A DNA stretch of 60,586 bases from positions 1 to 60,586 of the forward strand of contig JABXID010000203.1 in assembly GCA_013373245.1 (NCBI GenBank), in the 5' to 3' direction. Position numbers and translations under genes: made by a program. Below the pieces are notes generated by a model, which ran no database searches, had not been told where the DNA came from, and saw only the letters and a program-made list of their open reading frames with translations. Positions 21,116 through 31,555 of this stretch are shown in pieces (within the stretch, counting starts at the first letter, position 1; every line of letters starts with the position of its first letter). This stretch comes from Gammaproteobacteria bacterium (lineage in GTDB: Bacteria > Pseudomonadota > Gammaproteobacteria > Enterobacterales > Alteromonadaceae).

Positions 21116-21397
21116 ATGAATTTAGATCAAATGCTCGCTAGCATTACACCTGAAGTTTATGAAAACTTAAAGTACGCCGTTGAAACCGGTAAGTGGCAAA
21201 ATGGCCAAGTTTTAACGCAAGAACAGCGTGATAATTCATTACAGCTAGTTATGGCGTATCAAGCCAAAGTAGAAAAATCTAACCAACAATTCACCATCAA
21301 TGAAAGTGGTGAAGTTGTAATTAAATCTAAGCGTGAATTAAAACGCGAATTTTTACCTGAAAACGACATCGCAAGGTTCGACCAAGATGATATTTAG
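21116..21397 (+). CDS. yeaC: YeaC/DUF1315 family protein
   Basis: ITPEVYENLKYAVETGKWQNG motif. Confidence 0.85.
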   Translation: MNLDQMLASITPEVYENLKYAVETGKWQNGQVLTQEQRDNSLQLVMAYQAKVEKSNQQFTINESGEVVIKSKRELKREFLPENDIARFDQDDI

Positions 21398-24182
21398 CAA
21401 ATTATTTAAAAAGAAAAAATGGCAAAGTGAAAAAGTCAGTGAACGCCTTGCAGCGGTAGCCGAGCTAGATGTAAACGAAAGTGCGAACAAATCAATTTTA
21501 CATGAGTTAGCGTTCAACGACGGTGATGAAAAAGTACGTAGAGCGACATTGGAAAAGCTCAATGATTTTGCACTTTGGTGGCAGGCATACAAAAATGACG
21601 CCTCTGAAATCATAAAAAAATTAGCTGAAAAAGTATTAGTTGACGCGTTAACGGGTAAAGGTAATACGCCAATAGATGCAGAGTTAAAAACTAAGTTTGT
21701 TAAAGAGTGCACCAAGAGCCAACTGCTAGAGCAAGTGGTGTTTGAATTAGATGATGAAACGCTCATTATTGATACCATTAATAAACTCGACAAAGAATAC
21801 TTGTACATTAAGGCCATCACCAACAGCGATTTATCTGATTCACTAAAACAAAATTTAATCGCCAAGTTTACTGATGTCGCGCAACTTAAAAAGCTCAGTA
21901 AAAAGCTTTCAGGCGAACTGTTGAGTCAAGTTGAAACTAAGATTTCAGCCATCGCCGAGGCTCAAGAAAAGCCTGTTAGGCTCGAAAAACAAGTTCGATT
22001 ATTACTGGCGCAGCTTAACGCTTTAAAAGATAAAAATGACTTTGCATTGGTTAATCAGAAGCAAAAAGAAATTGTTGAACAGTGGCAACAGTTAAGCACT
22101 GAATTTGACATTTTAGAACAAGAAATCGTTACAGAACTTAATCAAAAATACGACGCCATCACAGTCTCATTGGAGCGTATTCAAGCGCCAATTAAACAAG
22201 CGTGGTTAGAACAACAAGCAGAAAAAGAATTAGCCAATACACAAGCACAGAACTTTGAGCGGTTAATGCAAGATTTAACGCATGTCGAATCGCAAGTAAC
22301 ACAATCGATAGCTGATGATGAAGAAATCGACCAGTCACAAATCAACACTGATATTAATGAAATCACTCATCAAGTGGTACAGACAGAACTAACTGATTCG
22401 GATAAAGCCGAACTGTTGACCCGTGCTGAATCGATATTTAACCGAGCGACTCGAGTCCCACAAATTAAAGCGGCGATCAGTAAAGCCAGTGAGTTGTTAG
22501 AAGCGTTCAGAAAATTAGAATTACCAACTGATCTTGCGTCATTAAATGCGGTAAACCCGCAATTTAAAACACTAAGAAATGATTGGCAGAATAATGAAAA
22601 AGAAGTGGGCATTGCGATGCCTACAGAGATTGATGACGCATTTAACGCGTTGCTGAAACAATGGCAGCCTGTTGTTAGTAAGTTAGAAAAAGAGCAAAGC
22701 CAGTTATTCAATCAAACACGAAAAAAACTGTCTGAGTTAGAAGGTTTAGTTCGTCGCGGAAAATTCCACAGTGCGTTTGGCCTATATACAAAATTAACGT
22801 TTTGGATGGCGGATTTAAATGAATATTATCGAGGCCAACTGAATCGTAAATGGGAGCAATTAGAGCAAGACGTTGCTAAATTAAAAGATCTTGAGCATTC
22901 GTTTGCCACACCAAAAAAACAAGAGTTGATCGCTGACATCAAAAAGTTGGCGGAAACACCTTTAGCCGATGCGTCGGAACAGGCACACCGCGTTCGTATG
23001 ATGCGTTCAAATTGGCAGAGTTTAGGTCATACAGCAACGACTGACGAAGAAAAGGCACAAGAAACAGCACTTAATGAAGAGTTTAACGCGTATTGTGAAC
23101 ACGCGTTTGCGCCGTGCCGCGAACACTACAAACAACTCGAAGATGAGCGCAACGCTAACTATGACGCCAAAATTATTGTCATCGAGCAATTGGAAACCTT
23201 AGCCAACAATTTACAACACGCCGAAGTGCAGAACTGGCGTGAAGTGGAGTCCCTGTACGTTAAGTTAAATAAGTTATGGCGCGATACAGGTTTAGTAGAC
23301 AGAGAAAAAGTGGCAGAAGTGAACAAACGTTATCACGCTGCAAATAAAACCATTAAACAAGCCATTAGTGTTAATCACAACGATAATGCCCAAGCAAAAC
23401 AACAGTTAATTGATAAAGCTAAGCAAGTTGTAGAGCAGGAGCTAGAGCTCAGTGAAAAATCAGAGCAACTAAAAGCTTTGCAAAACAAATGGCAAAAAGT
23501 TGGTTTTGCTGGTCGAAATAAAGATCAAAAGTTGTGGAATGAGTTTAGAGCTATCAATAATCCAGTGTTTGAACAGCGGGATACAAGCAAAAAACAACAA
23601 CAAGCAGAAGCACAACAAAGCTATGAACAACATGCCGAAGTATTTGAAGGTTTAATTAATCAATTACAAACGGTACAAGAACTAGCTGAAGTTCGTTCCA
23701 TTGTTGAACAAGCGGATGCAGAAAGCGGCCAGTTAAAAGGTTTGCCGAAGAACTTGTTTGAGAAACTTAAAAAGCAGCACCAATCTCTTAATAAACAAGC
23801 GGATGATAAGATTTCGGCGTTACGACAACATAAAGAGCAACAAGTGTTTGTCGAGTTGTTTGATGCAGTAGACGCAATAGCTAATGGTAACAGCGCTGAT
23901 TTGTCTAATTTGAAACCTGCTTGGCAAACTGCCATTAACAGCAACAACAAGTTTGACCGAAACGAGCTAACTCTCAAATTAGAAATTGTTGCAGGTATCG
24001 ACTCACCTGATGCGGATAAATCACAACGTAATGCCGTGCAAATGGCTATGATGTCAGAAAAATTGGAGCAGGGCGTAGAGCACAATCAACAAGATTTGTT
24101 AGAGCAGTGGCTTGGCGCTGGTATATTCAGCGTTAGTGATATCGCTCTGTTAAATCGTATTAAGCCGATTTTTGTTTCTTAG
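21387..24182 (+). CDS. DUF349-repeat large coiled-coil protein
   Basis: Repeated WQSLG / WQKVG..LWNEFR DUF349-type motifs; all-helical composition. Confidence 0.8.
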   Translation: MIFSKLFKKKKWQSEKVSERLAAVAELDVNESANKSILHELAFNDGDEKVRRATLEKLNDFALWWQAYKNDASEIIKKLAEKVLVDALTGKGNTPIDAELKTKFVKECTKSQLLEQVVFELDDETLIIDTINKLDKEYLYIKAITNSDLSDSLKQNLIAKFTDVAQLKKLSKKLSGELLSQVETKISAIAEAQEKPVRLEKQVRLLLAQLNALKDKNDFALVNQKQKEIVEQWQQLSTEFDILEQEIVTELNQKYDAITVSLERIQAPIKQAWLEQQAEKELANTQAQNFERLMQDLTHVESQVTQSIADDEEIDQSQINTDINEITHQVVQTELTDSDKAELLTRAESIFNRATRVPQIKAAISKASELLEAFRKLELPTDLASLNAVNPQFKTLRNDWQNNEKEVGIAMPTEIDDAFNALLKQWQPVVSKLEKEQSQLFNQTRKKLSELEGLVRRGKFHSAFGLYTKLTFWMADLNEYYRGQLNRKWEQLEQDVAKLKDLEHSFATPKKQELIADIKKLAETPLADASEQAHRVRMMRSNWQSLGHTATTDEEKAQETALNEEFNAYCEHAFAPCREHYKQLEDERNANYDAKIIVIEQLETLANNLQHAEVQNWREVESLYVKLNKLWRDTGLVDREKVAEVNKRYHAANKTIKQAISVNHNDNAQAKQQLIDKAKQVVEQELELSEKSEQLKALQNKWQKVGFAGRNKDQKLWNEFRAINNPVFEQRDTSKKQQQAEAQQSYEQHAEVFEGLINQLQTVQELAEVRSIVEQADAESGQLKGLPKNLFEKLKKQHQSLNKQADDKISALRQHKEQQVFVELFDAVDAIANGNSADLSNLKPAWQTAINSNNKFDRNELTLKLEIVAGIDSPDADKSQRNAVQMAMMSEKLEQGVEHNQQDLLEQWLGAGIFSVSDIALLNRIKPIFVS

Positions 24183-24199
24183 CGATTGGCGAACTTTTG

Positions 24200-24232
24200 A
24201 AAGGTTAATAATGAGAGTTATTAACCTTTTTT
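24200..24232 (+). terminator. Rho-independent terminator
   Basis: AAGGTTAATAA-TGAGAG-TTATTAACCTTTTT. Confidence 0.8.
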
Positions 24233-24280
24233 ATTGGTTCAATGTCGAAGCACTTTAAGGTCAAGAAAGACATTATATAA

Positions 24281-24663
24281 AAAGTACAGTTTTGTTTTTT
24301 ATTACTTATGTTGACTGACTGCCAAAGCACTACGGAACCAATTGAGCCAGTGTTTAATTCAGAGGTAATAGGAATTTCACCACAGCAATTGAACGACTAT
24401 TGGCAGGTCGATGCCCCTATAATTAGTATGTTGAAACGTCGACCAACTTGGTTACCGAAAGGCAAAGGGGGATGGACGTTCTTAACCGTGTTCGATTCAA
24501 ATGGCGATGAGGTAAAAAGAACTCTAATCAGTTCATCGCATGAAGGTTGTATGACACAAAATAAGATCGACCAAATACCTAAAACCCTTTTAAGCCTTTA
24601 GAGTCACATCAAAGACGTGTGCCTGTAAAGTTTTACAGCACCGCTAAAAGAGCTGTAAGTTAA
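24281..24663 (+). pseudogene. Probable decayed small lipoprotein gene
   Basis: Signal-like KVQFCFLLLMLTDC has no in-frame start and a damaged lipobox. The ORF stops at 24601, but the -1 frame continues FKPLESHQRRVPVKFYSTAKRAVS*. Confidence 0.45.
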
Positions 24664-24932
24664 CGGCATTAGCCACTAGTATCACGAAGTTAAACACTCA
24701 ATAACATTGAACAGATAAAACTCCGTATTCTGTTGTATTTGCACAATGCTGTAGATTATCGATAAATAATTATACGTAGTAAATTAACATCGCAAAAAAA
24801 TGACGCTTGCGTATACTAAATTTGTTAAATTACAATTACTTTAATTGCGCCATACAGAGCTACATACGGCGTTAGTCTTAGACTTCCCATATCTCTGCTA
24901 AATAATAAAGACGGGTATACTAAGGTCAACAC

Positions 24933-26084
24933 ATGAATAACATTATTTTTGCCCAGTTAAATTACGTAGTCATTATGATTTTAATTACGTTGATTGCTGC
25001 GTGTTTACTAATGTTTTCACCAATACCTAGAAATAAACCTTACCGGAATACAACCGTTTATTTTTCAGCTTTCTTTTTATGCACGGCAATAGGGTATTCG
25101 GTATTTGCTGCACGACCATACATTAACAGTTATGTTTCAATCGCTTTAACCAACTTGTTGTTTTTATTAAATGTCTATTGTCTTAAATATGGTTTGCAAT
25201 GGAGGTTAGGGATTCAGGAACATATTTTTAAATGCCGTTATGTTTTAGTCCATATCTTGATTTTTATTGGTAGTCAATTCGTGATCGAATACGTTGTTGA
25301 TGAAGCTCAGTGGGTGCGCACTTTGAATGGCACAGTAAACGCCGCATTTGTATTTTGGGGCTGTATTAAGTTAGTTACTCCTTTTTCGAAAGGCTCTAAT
25401 GTAGGTGAAAAAATTGCAGGATTTTCCTTTTATACTGTCATTTTGGGATATTTAGTCACTCCGATCTTTATCGCGAGTACATTAAACACGTTTTATGTGT
25501 CGTCTATTATTTTAACTGTTCAAATAACCACAATGGTACTTTTGTTAGGTGGGTTGTTGTCGTTATTGATGTCAGACGTTATTGATGGACATTACCAAAC
25601 ATCGATTAGGGACCCGCTGACTGGAATTTTTAATAGACGCTACTTTTTTCAAAATGTAGCAACGTTAACTAATTGTCCGAAAACGCCAGAAGTTAACTCT
25701 GTAGTCATTTGCGATATTGATAAATTTAAAAGTATAAACGACAAATATGGTCATGATGTTGGCGATGATGTGTTGGTTGCGTTTGCAGGCATGTTAACCA
25801 AATCAGTGGGGGAATTCGGTGTAGTATCTCGATATGGCGGCGAGGAATTTACGGTACTGTTAAAAGGTTACTCATTGCGTGACGCCATCAACTTCACTGA
25901 GCAAATGCGACTCAATACCGAAGGTTTATCAATGTCGATAGATGGTAAATTAATTCAATTAACGGCGAGCTTTGGTATTTCAGAGATTTGGGATTTAAAT
26001 GATATAGACTTAGCCCTGAAACTCGCTGACGACGCCTTATTAAGAGCCAAGTCGGACGGCAGAAATAAAGTGCTAGCTAGTTGA
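24933..26084 (+). CDS. Membrane-bound diguanylate cyclase
   Basis: About 7 TM segments, then RDPLTGIFNRR, DIDKFKSINDKYGH and RYGGEEF. Confidence 0.93.
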   Translation: MNNIIFAQLNYVVIMILITLIAACLLMFSPIPRNKPYRNTTVYFSAFFLCTAIGYSVFAARPYINSYVSIALTNLLFLLNVYCLKYGLQWRLGIQEHIFKCRYVLVHILIFIGSQFVIEYVVDEAQWVRTLNGTVNAAFVFWGCIKLVTPFSKGSNVGEKIAGFSFYTVILGYLVTPIFIASTLNTFYVSSIILTVQITTMVLLLGGLLSLLMSDVIDGHYQTSIRDPLTGIFNRRYFFQNVATLTNCPKTPEVNSVVICDIDKFKSINDKYGHDVGDDVLVAFAGMLTKSVGEFGVVSRYGGEEFTVLLKGYSLRDAINFTEQMRLNTEGLSMSIDGKLIQLTASFGISEIWDLNDIDLALKLADDALLRAKSDGRNKVLAS

Positions 26085-26142
26085 ACATATCCGTCAGTGA
26101 GTAAGTGTACAGAGTCATTTAAACAAATAGCTACAACTCGTT

Positions 26143-27357
26143 ATGGTGAACTCAGTTTTGACGTCACTTATTTCAATAAATCGTAATTATAGGGGAAGTT
26201 TTTTGAACGTAGAGTCTTCACAATTATTAGAAAATGAAGAATACCTTCATTTCTTGTCTAGAGATTACTTATATAGAAGAGATGTACTTGGTGCATTCTT
26301 GAATTTGTTTACTGATTTGACACAAAGTGAAATTGGTTATTTGCATCTAGTCGATGAATCACAAAACGAAATAGAACTCGCCGTATGGAGTGATAACGTC
26401 TTTTCAAATTGCACGACTGGATATGCAACACATTATCCTGTGTCAAAGGCGGGGATCTGGGCTGACTCTATTAGAAAAAAAACTCCTGTACTCCATAATG
26501 ATTATGGCCATATGAACAATGACGAGAAACAGGGATTACCAGACGGACACTTCGCAGTTAACAGGCATTTAAGTATACCTGTAATGTATCATGGCAGAAT
26601 AGAAGCGGTTATTGGTATTGGTAACAGAAGTACGTCTTATACGGAAAAAGAAGTAGAAATCTGGAATGGGTTCATTCAGGAAGCCTGGAAAGAAATAAAA
26701 ATTAAAATTACAGATGTTGAAAAAAGGGAATTTACTAGACTACAGCAATATAAAAAAATGAAACCTGAGTCGAGCTTAATAAAAGTCATTGCTGCAATGT
26801 CAGATGCCTTAGAGTTAAGGGATGAATATACGTCAATGCACCAACGAAACGTATCATTATTATCCAATAAAATTGCCAACAAACTCGATCTTAATGAGCG
26901 ACAAGTTGAAGGAGTCACCATTGGCGCACTAGTCCATGATATTGGCAAAATAGGTGTGCCATCTCAGATTTTGAATAAGATGAAAGCTCTTACTGATGCT
27001 GAGTTTGAGCTAGTTAAGCAGCACCCTAGTTCAGGAGCGAAGTTATTTAAAAGTATTGATTTGCCAATGCCGCTGTTTGATATGGTAGAGCAACATCACG
27101 AAAGATTAGACGGCTCTGGTTATCCGCATGGTTTAAAAGGAAACGATATTTGTATAGAAGCACGCATTATTGCAGTAGCTGATACATTTGATGCGATGGC
27201 CTCAGACCGACCCTATCGATATTCACCTGGGCGACAAGCAGCAATTGATGAGCTCAAATCAAATAGAAATATAAAATACGATGCTTACGTCGTTGATAGT
27301 TTTTTAGAAGTTATCGAAACAGATCCTGACCTAAAGCCTGGGGTGATCTATAAATAA
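26143..27357 (+). CDS. GAF + HD-GYP phosphodiesterase
   Basis: GAF domain (GIWADSIR..PVLHNDY..RHLSIPV), then HDIGK, HHERLDGSGYPHGL and DRPYR. Confidence 0.92.
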   Translation: MVNSVLTSLISINRNYRGSFLNVESSQLLENEEYLHFLSRDYLYRRDVLGAFLNLFTDLTQSEIGYLHLVDESQNEIELAVWSDNVFSNCTTGYATHYPVSKAGIWADSIRKKTPVLHNDYGHMNNDEKQGLPDGHFAVNRHLSIPVMYHGRIEAVIGIGNRSTSYTEKEVEIWNGFIQEAWKEIKIKITDVEKREFTRLQQYKKMKPESSLIKVIAAMSDALELRDEYTSMHQRNVSLLSNKIANKLDLNERQVEGVTIGALVHDIGKIGVPSQILNKMKALTDAEFELVKQHPSSGAKLFKSIDLPMPLFDMVEQHHERLDGSGYPHGLKGNDICIEARIIAVADTFDAMASDRPYRYSPGRQAAIDELKSNRNIKYDAYVVDSFLEVIETDPDLKPGVIYK

Positions 27358-27801
27358 CTCATGTCAGCAAAAAAAGCTGACTAGCGCCTAACAAAAATGA
27401 GCATATTCGCGCAATTAGATAATGTGTAATGAGCCCCAGCTCTAAGATGAGAGTTCTGCTTTGTACCCATTCAATATCTCGACTATTTAGGTTGGCTTTC
27501 CAAAGTTTAAGGCTGGATGTAGAAAGGGGATGATGTGTATGGACATACCTACCTCTCGCTTTTGGTGACAAAAGCAAATCTGAATACTTTAATATGATAT
27601 TGGCTGGGCGCACCCGTTGGACCTCATTTTTCAGCTTTTGAAAAAAGTAAGAGCCCTGAAGGGTAGCGCAAAGTCCAATACAAAATAAACTTCACCATTG
27701 TTTGTACGAGAATTCAGGGGAAGCTCATTCAGGTATCGCTGGTGGGACTTGTACGACATTATATTTTTGAGCCTTACGTTGGCTGGTTGGAAGAAATAAT
27801 G

Positions 27802-27830
27802 AGAACTTGCGGAAATAGCCGCAAGTTCTT
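27802..27830. terminator. Hairpin terminator downstream of sdaA
   Basis: AGAACTTGCGG-N6-CCGCAAGTTCT. Confidence 0.65.
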
Positions 27831-27834
27831 CCAA

Positions 27835-29211
27835 TTAACACTCAATAATATTAACCGCTAAACCACCGCGGGCGGTTTCTTTGTACTTCGATTTCATATC
27901 GTTACCCGTGTCCCACATAGTTTTGATGACTTTATCTAAGGACACTTTGTGACCGCCTGTGCCACGAAGCGCTAATCTTGCCGCATTGATGGCTTTTACA
28001 GCGCCCATTGCATTGCGTTCAATACATGGCACTTGCACCAAACCACCAACCGGATCGCAGGTTAAACCTAAGTTGTGTTCCATCCCAATTTCAGCGGCAT
28101 TTTCCACTTGTTCTGTGCTTCCTCCTAATAATTCGGCAAGACCGGCCGCAGCCATAGAACACGCGACGCCAACTTCCCCTTGGCAACCAACTTCTGCACC
28201 CGAAATAGAGGCATTCTTTTTATACAAAATGCCAATGGCGCCTGCGGTTAACAAATAACGGGTAATGGCATCATCATCCATAGGTTTAATAAACTTGTGA
28301 TAATACATGGCTACCGCAGGAATGATGCCCGCAGCGCCATTGGTTGGTGCGGTTACAACTCGGCCACCGTCGGCGTTCTCTTCATTAACTGCAAGCGCAA
28401 ACAAGTTAACCCAATCCATAACCCCTAACGGATCGTTACTTTGTTCGGCGTTTAGCTTTTTATATAAAATAGAGGCTCTGCGCTTTACTTTCAGGCCGCC
28501 CGGTAAAATCCCTTCGGTTTTAATACCGCGCTCAATACATTTTTGCATTACCAGCCAAATGTTCTGCAGTTGTGAACGTATGGTTTGTTCATCGGTTAAT
28601 TTTTTTTCGTTAGCCATCATTAATGCAGGAATGCTCAAACCGTGCTCTGAACACAGCGCCATTAACTCACTGCCGGTATTAAACGGGTAGGGTACGGTTA
28701 CCGTGGCGTTTTGCAGTTGCGCTTGCGTTTTCGTTTCAGCAAAGTCTTCTTCTTTGACAATAAAGCCGCCGCCAATGGAGTAATAGGTTTGCTCGAAAAT
28801 AACGTTATCGTTATTAAAGGCGATGAGTTTCATACCGTTGGAGTGCGCTGCTAGTGTTTTGCGGCGATGAAAAATAATAGCGCCTTTGTTCGGAAATAAA
28901 ACCGAGTGCTCGTTTAGCAAAGTTAAACGTTGAGTTTGTTCTACCGTTTGTAACTTTTCAGGAACAGTATCCGGATCTATCGTCTCAGGTTCGTCGCCTA
29001 ACAACCCTAAAATTACCGCTTTGCCAGAGCCATGACCTATACCTGTTTGACCTAAAGAGCCATAGAGTTCGGCTTGTACTTGCGTGACATCTGATAATAG
29101 CTCTTTGTTTTTAAGTGTCGTTACAAATTCATGTGCTGCTCGCATTGGTCCTACAGTATGAGAACTGGACGGCCCAATGCCTACGCTGAACATATCAAAA
29201 ACACTTAACAT
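27835..29211 (-). CDS. sdaA: L-serine ammonia-lyase (Fe-S)
   Basis: [20 protein letters not shown] and [18 protein letters not shown] motifs. Confidence 0.97.
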   Translation of the reverse strand: MLSVFDMFSVGIGPSSSHTVGPMRAAHEFVTTLKNKELLSDVTQVQAELYGSLGQTGIGHGSGKAVILGLLGDEPETIDPDTVPEKLQTVEQTQRLTLLNEHSVLFPNKGAIIFHRRKTLAAHSNGMKLIAFNNDNVIFEQTYYSIGGGFIVKEEDFAETKTQAQLQNATVTVPYPFNTGSELMALCSEHGLSIPALMMANEKKLTDEQTIRSQLQNIWLVMQKCIERGIKTEGILPGGLKVKRRASILYKKLNAEQSNDPLGVMDWVNLFALAVNEENADGGRVVTAPTNGAAGIIPAVAMYYHKFIKPMDDDAITRYLLTAGAIGILYKKNASISGAEVGCQGEVGVACSMAAAGLAELLGGSTEQVENAAEIGMEHNLGLTCDPVGGLVQVPCIERNAMGAVKAINAARLALRGTGGHKVSLDKVIKTMWDTGNDMKSKYKETARGGLAVNIIEC

Positions 29212-29297
29212 AACTTTTCACTATTTCTTAATTAATCGCTGTTGGCAATTGTAGCTCAGAATGAAACTCTTCACACTGACTTACACATGAGATTTAT

Positions 29298-29879
29298 TTA
29301 TTCGAAATGTAAGACTAGTTTATCTAAAATAGCTGCGGTTGCGCCCCAGATGAGTCGCTCTTGAAACGGCATAAAGTGCACTTTGTGGTTTACGTTATTC
29401 AATGTAGGATGCACTGTGAAGTGTTTTTGCCTTTCTAAAAAGTAGTTTAAAGGTGCGGTGAATACATCGTCTACTTCGTCTTTATTAATAACGTATTCGG
29501 ATTGATTATTGATAAGTGAAACTAATGGATAAACGGTAAAGTTGCTGATGGTATGTAATGAAGGTAACCAACCGAGAGGTTGCACATTTTTGGGATTGAG
29601 GCCGATTTCTTCGTGGCTTTCTCTAATGGCAGTTGTAATAAGGTCTTTATCATCGTCTTCGTATTTGCCTCCTGGGAAACTTACTTGCCCAGGATGATGA
29701 CGCAGGTGTTTAGCTCGTGTGGTAAAAAGCACATTAAGCTGGTCGCCGTGTTCTATTATTGGCACAAGTACGGCGGCAGATTTCGACTCATCATTAGGAA
29801 CAAAACGACTGGACTCTGTATACGCCGCATCGGGAAGATTAAGTAAGCTGAAACGTGCTGCAAATTCTTGAGCATTCAT
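29298..29879 (-). CDS. nudL: CoA pyrophosphatase (Nudix)
   Basis: HPGQVSFPGG..AIRESHEEIGL and IWGATA; pabB-nudL-sdaA synteny. Confidence 0.9.
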   Translation of the reverse strand: MNAQEFAARFSLLNLPDAAYTESSRFVPNDESKSAAVLVPIIEHGDQLNVLFTTRAKHLRHHPGQVSFPGGKYEDDDKDLITTAIRESHEEIGLNPKNVQPLGWLPSLHTISNFTVYPLVSLINNQSEYVINKDEVDDVFTAPLNYFLERQKHFTVHPTLNNVNHKVHFMPFQERLIWGATAAILDKLVLHFE

Positions 29880-29901
29880 TTAATCGTCCTCCTTTTAGCT
29901 T

Positions 29902-31275
29902 TTACAAATCAGAAAGCACCGGCAATATGCGGTGAACTTTATCTAACGTTTCTTGATATTCATCATCGCATTTAGAGTCTGCGACCAAACCGCCGCCAGC
30001 CCAACAATACACTTTACCTTGATTACAGACCAAAGTTCTAATGGTGATGTTGGTGTCCATATCGCCGTTAGGTTTGATGTAACCTATTGCGCCACAATAC
30101 ACACTTCTTGGGTTAGGCTCTAACTCGTGAATAATTTCCATCGCTCGAATTTTTGGCGCCCCGGTTATTGAACCACCAGGAAACGCACCACGTAATAAAT
30201 CGAGTGAGGTGAAAGGTGCGCGAATTGTTGCTGTGACGGTACTGACTAAATGATGAACCGCCGGAAAACTTTCAATTTCAAAAAGCGCTGGTACTTTTAC
30301 AGAGCCAGCTTGCGCAACTTTACTTAAATCGTTTCTTAATAAATCGACGATCATTACGTTTTCGGCGCGATCTTTAGTGGCGTTTCTTAATTCTTCCGCC
30401 AATGCTAAATCACGGGTTTTATCCTGACCGCGAGGGCGTGTGCCTTTAATTGGTTTGGTTTCGACTTGGTTGTCGACCACTTGTAAAAAGCGTTCTGGTG
30501 ATACCGATAACACAGCGCCCTGTGCTAAGCGAATAAAACCAGAGAATGGCGCCGAATTTTGTTGGCGTAATTGCTGATACGCTTGCCATTCATCGCCTTG
30601 ATATTCTGCACTAAAACGCTGTGCCAAATTAATCTGATAACAATCACCTGAGTGCAAATATTCTTGCACTCGTTGAAACTTCTCGGAATATTCTGCTTTG
30701 TTCATGTTGGACTGCCAAGCAGATTTAAGTTTAAAACTGTGCGCTAGTTGCTTGTGTTCAGCTAGCAGCTGTTTGGTTTTAGCCAGTAACTCGTCATACA
30801 GCGCACTCGCATTATTCTTATGGTTGAAATAATACACTTGTTGGTTTTTATGATCGTGTACTATGCCTTGTGTGTATATTCCAACAAACATGTTCGGCAG
30901 GGTGATGTCGTTATTTCTAGGTGCAGGTAAACGTTCAAATCGACCACCTAACTCGTAATCCCAAAACCCAACTGCGCCACCTACAAACGGCAATGATGCA
31001 TCAGTATATTTTGTAAACTCAGTTTGATTAAGATAAGTATTGACCAAATCTAGTGGATCATCTTCAGACACTGTTACTGACCGCTCTTTACTAATTCGCG
31101 ATTCGAATAGGGTGCTTTCAATCGTTACATCTGGTTGCCAAACAAACACCGAAAAATTACTGTTAACGTGTTCGGAGGAGGCTGAATCTAAATATATGGC
31201 ACCATTGTTTTTTTGCAGTGATGCATAGAGAATTTGCAACTCTTGGTCAGAGAAAGGTAAATATTTGATAAACAT
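29902..31275 (-). CDS. pabB: Aminodeoxychorismate synthase component I
   Basis: SPERFL, PIKGTRPR, ENVMIVDLLRND and FPGGSITGAPK motifs. Confidence 0.95.
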   Translation of the reverse strand: MFIKYLPFSDQELQILYASLQKNNGAIYLDSASSEHVNSNFSVFVWQPDVTIESTLFESRISKERSVTVSEDDPLDLVNTYLNQTEFTKYTDASLPFVGGAVGFWDYELGGRFERLPAPRNNDITLPNMFVGIYTQGIVHDHKNQQVYYFNHKNNASALYDELLAKTKQLLAEHKQLAHSFKLKSAWQSNMNKAEYSEKFQRVQEYLHSGDCYQINLAQRFSAEYQGDEWQAYQQLRQQNSAPFSGFIRLAQGAVLSVSPERFLQVVDNQVETKPIKGTRPRGQDKTRDLALAEELRNATKDRAENVMIVDLLRNDLSKVAQAGSVKVPALFEIESFPAVHHLVSTVTATIRAPFTSLDLLRGAFPGGSITGAPKIRAMEIIHELEPNPRSVYCGAIGYIKPNGDMDTNITIRTLVCNQGKVYCWAGGGLVADSKCDDEYQETLDKVHRILPVLSDL

Positions 31276-31555
31276 AGATAACTAATAACTATAAAAATAC
31301 TGAAAAATGAAGATTTGCTCAGTGAAGCGGTTGTTTAATCTATCGGGGAGAGTATCATTCCTACCGCTGAATTTCAGTATTACGATAAAATTAAAATTTC
31401 GTACAAAAGAGTTTGTTGAGTTTTATTAATAAGTCATACCAACCTGCATAAAGAATTAGTCATTCAGCGAAAGTTATATATGTAGGTCGTTATAATAAAA
31501 CTCAACACGCTTTTGATAACACATACACATAAACAAAGGAATTCAAGAGGCTGTC

